Of a DNA stretch of 24,199 bases, positions 22,180 through 24,199 are shown piece by piece. The notes below the pieces were generated by a model. It was not told where the DNA came from and did not search any database. It saw only the letters and a program-made list of their open reading frames with translations. The number at the start of each line of letters is the position of its first letter. Position 1 is the stretch's first letter. This DNA is from an uncultured virus (IMG/VR IMGVR_UViG_3300031565_013700) (taxonomy: Duplodnaviria > Heunggongvirae > Uroviricota > Caudoviricetes), in the IMG/VR virus record IMGVR_UViG_3300031565_013700. One strand, 5' to 3'. The translations under genes were made by a program, and so were the position numbers.

Positions 22180-23738
22180 GGCTCCCGCCTCAACAATTCG
22201 TTGTCTTTCCAATTTTCAGGCAACCAGCTTTTCTCCCCGGATCTAAATGTCTCCCAGTCATTGGCCACGCTTTTCACTTCTTTTACTTCAGGTTGATTTG
22301 GCATTTCCCGCGAAGGATCATAATATCGAGGATCCCAACCCGATAGCAAACAGAGGAAGGAGTCAACACAGTGGTCATTATCTTTCACTGGTTTTCCGTC
22401 ACTGCCTCGTTTGTATTTCAATAGCTGAGTTTTAAGTAAATCAAATTCGGGAATATCTGGAATAACGATATACCGTTTCTGCAGCCAGAAATATACAAGG
22501 CCGATCATCCATTCCTTTCCATCAGATAGATGCCCAAAAACACGTTTCGTGACTTTTAATCCGCGGTCCTCGAGTTCTCTATTCTGGAAAGCACCGGCAG
22601 AATCGCAGAGCCATTCAAAAATACTGTATTCCAATGTATCCTTTTCGGCGATGTTGGCCCAATCCCTAGCACTTGTCCCATGATCGACGTGCATGTGCAT
22701 GACCGTGATCTTGTGATTGAGTCCACGATAGCCTTCCAGGAGAACCGTGTCGTGATCAAAGCCCCAGTCAATTCCACCCTTGGCCTGACCTTGGAATTCT
22801 AATTTTTTTGGGTTATAGGGTGTCTCATCGAGCAGATACCCTGGGTTCTTCGGGTCAGGAACAACAAAGGCTTCTCTTATGAAAGTTGAGGGGAAGACCC
22901 GCCCCGCACGTTTCGGCAACTGTCCCCGATATTGAGTCCGATACATCTCATCATCCAGGAAGAACTTCGCCACTTCAGAATCGCTGATGTTGAGCTTTCG
23001 TTGGAGGAAGGGACAATCAGTATCCTCCCAAGTGAACTTTCTCCATCCCTGTATATACAACGTCTGACCTGGTTCAGCAGCTTCCAATATATCGAGAAAG
23101 GCATCCGTGTTTTCCTTTCCCGGCGTCGCGGTGGAAAGCAGGAACCGCATTGGTCTATCACTTCCGCGAATCATGGGCCAGGCTTGTTGGACGATGTTCT
23201 GAGGGATTAAGACAAACTCATCGTTGACCAACCCATCAGCGGTAGGTGCATTAACCTGTTTTTCGCTTGCAGCCGAGTATCGGATCCATCCACCCTTCTT
23301 ATAGACAATCCTACTTTTGCTTGGTTCTGTTCTCAGGAATTGGGCGAAGAACTCACGCACACTGCGGCTCTCCTCACCCCCGGGCCATAGGATGGTTTTA
23401 CAGTAATCGTAAAGCCATTCCGCCTGATCTTTTCCACCTGAAACGATGAAGAATCTGTAGGTCTGATCTTTAAGGGTCAACCAGACAACAATTATGGCAA
23501 CACAGATTGTTTTACCGCCCTTCCTCGGCGCCCTGATAACAAAGTACCGCACACCATCCATTACAGCCTGGAATAAGGCGAGCTGTTGTGGAGCGGCCTG
23601 CTCTAAATCAAAAATCCTTTTGGGGACATAGTGCTCAATAAAGTAGAAGATATCCCTCATTGCACGTTGCCACATGTCCTCGGTGCCTTTCTTTTGGGCA
23701 TAGTTGAGAACATCTAATTGCGACGCCAAGTCATTCAA
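22167..23738 (-). CDS. terL: Terminase large subunit
   Basis: Walker A APRKGGKT, Walker B LVNDEF, coupling motif LSTAT, RNase H-like nuclease GGIDWGFDHD and DNDHCVDS. Confidence 0.93.
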   Translation of the reverse strand: MNDLASQLDVLNYAQKKGTEDMWQRAMRDIFYFIEHYVPKRIFDLEQAAPQQLALFQAVMDGVRYFVIRAPRKGGKTICVAIIVVWLTLKDQTYRFFIVSGGKDQAEWLYDYCKTILWPGGEESRSVREFFAQFLRTEPSKSRIVYKKGGWIRYSAASEKQVNAPTADGLVNDEFVLIPQNIVQQAWPMIRGSDRPMRFLLSTATPGKENTDAFLDILEAAEPGQTLYIQGWRKFTWEDTDCPFLQRKLNISDSEVAKFFLDDEMYRTQYRGQLPKRAGRVFPSTFIREAFVVPDPKNPGYLLDETPYNPKKLEFQGQAKGGIDWGFDHDTVLLEGYRGLNHKITVMHMHVDHGTSARDWANIAEKDTLEYSIFEWLCDSAGAFQNRELEDRGLKVTKRVFGHLSDGKEWMIGLVYFWLQKRYIVIPDIPEFDLLKTQLLKYKRGSDGKPVKDNDHCVDSFLCLLSGWDPRYYDPSREMPNQPEVKEVKSVANDWETFRSGEKSWLPENWKDNELLRREPWEK

Positions 23739-23791
23739 AGGATTATTAACGCTGTTGTATAAAAAAGAGTTTAGGATTCAGATACCGTTTT

Positions 23792-24106
23792 TTAGAGTTC
23801 CAAAGAAGTAGGAGGCTCCATTAACTTAATCAGAGTGTCACAGATTTGCTTCAGAACCTTATCTATGTTGAGTGCATCAATGAATTTGGCTAGATCCTCG
23901 ATCGTTTTGGGTTGGACCCCCGCCTCACGAGCTTGGAGATCCATTCCAAGCAGCATCTCCTGATAAAACTTTACGAAGGCAGTTTGTTCAGCGGTACTCA
24001 AATAATTTACCAGAATCAGGTACATCTCGGTTAACAGACTGGCCCGCGATGCCTCTCTTAAATGCTGTAGAGAAGCTCCAATTCCAGCTATATGTTCAGG
24101 TCTCAT
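23792..24106 (-). CDS. Hypothetical helical protein, 104 aa
   Basis: GAGG RBS. It sits in the usual small-terminase position, but no motif supports that call. Confidence 0.6.
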   Translation of the reverse strand: MRPEHIAGIGASLQHLREASRASLLTEMYLILVNYLSTAEQTAFVKFYQEMLLGMDLQAREAGVQPKTIEDLAKFIDALNIDKVLKQICDTLIKLMEPPTSLEL

Positions 24107-24199
24107 GGTTTTTCCTCTCTATTACAGGGCATATTAGCTTCGATGAGCTCACAGACTCCGCCTACGCCCCGGGATAAGTGGTAAATAGTAAGTTGCTTA

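Larger units (their letters stand above)
1..24199 (-). mobile_element. Tailed archaeal virus or provirus, head/virion morphogenesis region (both ends lie outside the window)
   Basis: Gene order terminase-portal-protease-scaffold-decoration-capsid. TATA boxes about 25 nt upstream of starts, TTG starts, GGTGA/GGAG ribosome-binding sites and an archaeal-type wHTH. No integrase or att site is visible, so free virus versus provirus is undetermined. Confidence 0.9.

Noticed and set aside
1389..23449. Many 60-230-aa ORFs antisense to or nested in the long genes (for example 1526..2215, 4674..5063, 5794..6228, 15803..16300, 17993..18463)
   Set aside because: They are shadows of well-supported genes, with no recognisable motifs or independent start signals.
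14504..23738. Inteins in the polyprotein or terminase
   Set aside because: No intein N-terminal block, His-Asn/Cys junction or LAGLIDADG motifs were seen, and the terminase is of normal length.
23792..24106. Terminase small subunit
   Set aside because: Only position supports it; no HTH or other recognisable pattern.

Overview
The whole window looks like the morphogenesis region of a tailed (HK97-fold, Caudoviricetes-type) virus or provirus of an archaeon. Bathyarchaeia is my best host guess, from recalled protein similarity, archaeal TATA-type promoters and TTG starts. The main minus-strand block reads: terminase large subunit, Mu gp29/DUF935-like portal, a 2054-aa multidomain protein, a connector-like gene, an accessory island, scaffold, decoration protein, major capsid protein, virion proteins, SAM methyltransferase, small protein plus clan CD-like cysteine protease, GT4 glycosyltransferase, and fibre-like proteins. 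Two things stand out. (1) The prohead-protease domain is embedded in the 2054-aa protein together with a DNA end-healing and sealing set: a pol-beta-type nucleotidyltransferase, a dead and an intact ATP-dependent DNA ligase domain, an intact and a degenerate LigD-type 3'-phosphoesterase, a PhnP-like metallo-beta-lactamase and an ASCH-like domain. (2) One 12-15-aa beta-strand motif (xxDLKAEFxVRH-like) is shared by six ORFs at 1 to about 25 copies. Two of these occurrences are missed by the ORF track: a 57-aa ORF at 3752..3925 and an N-terminal extension of the connector-like gene. All family assignments come from motif reading by eye; no searches were run.
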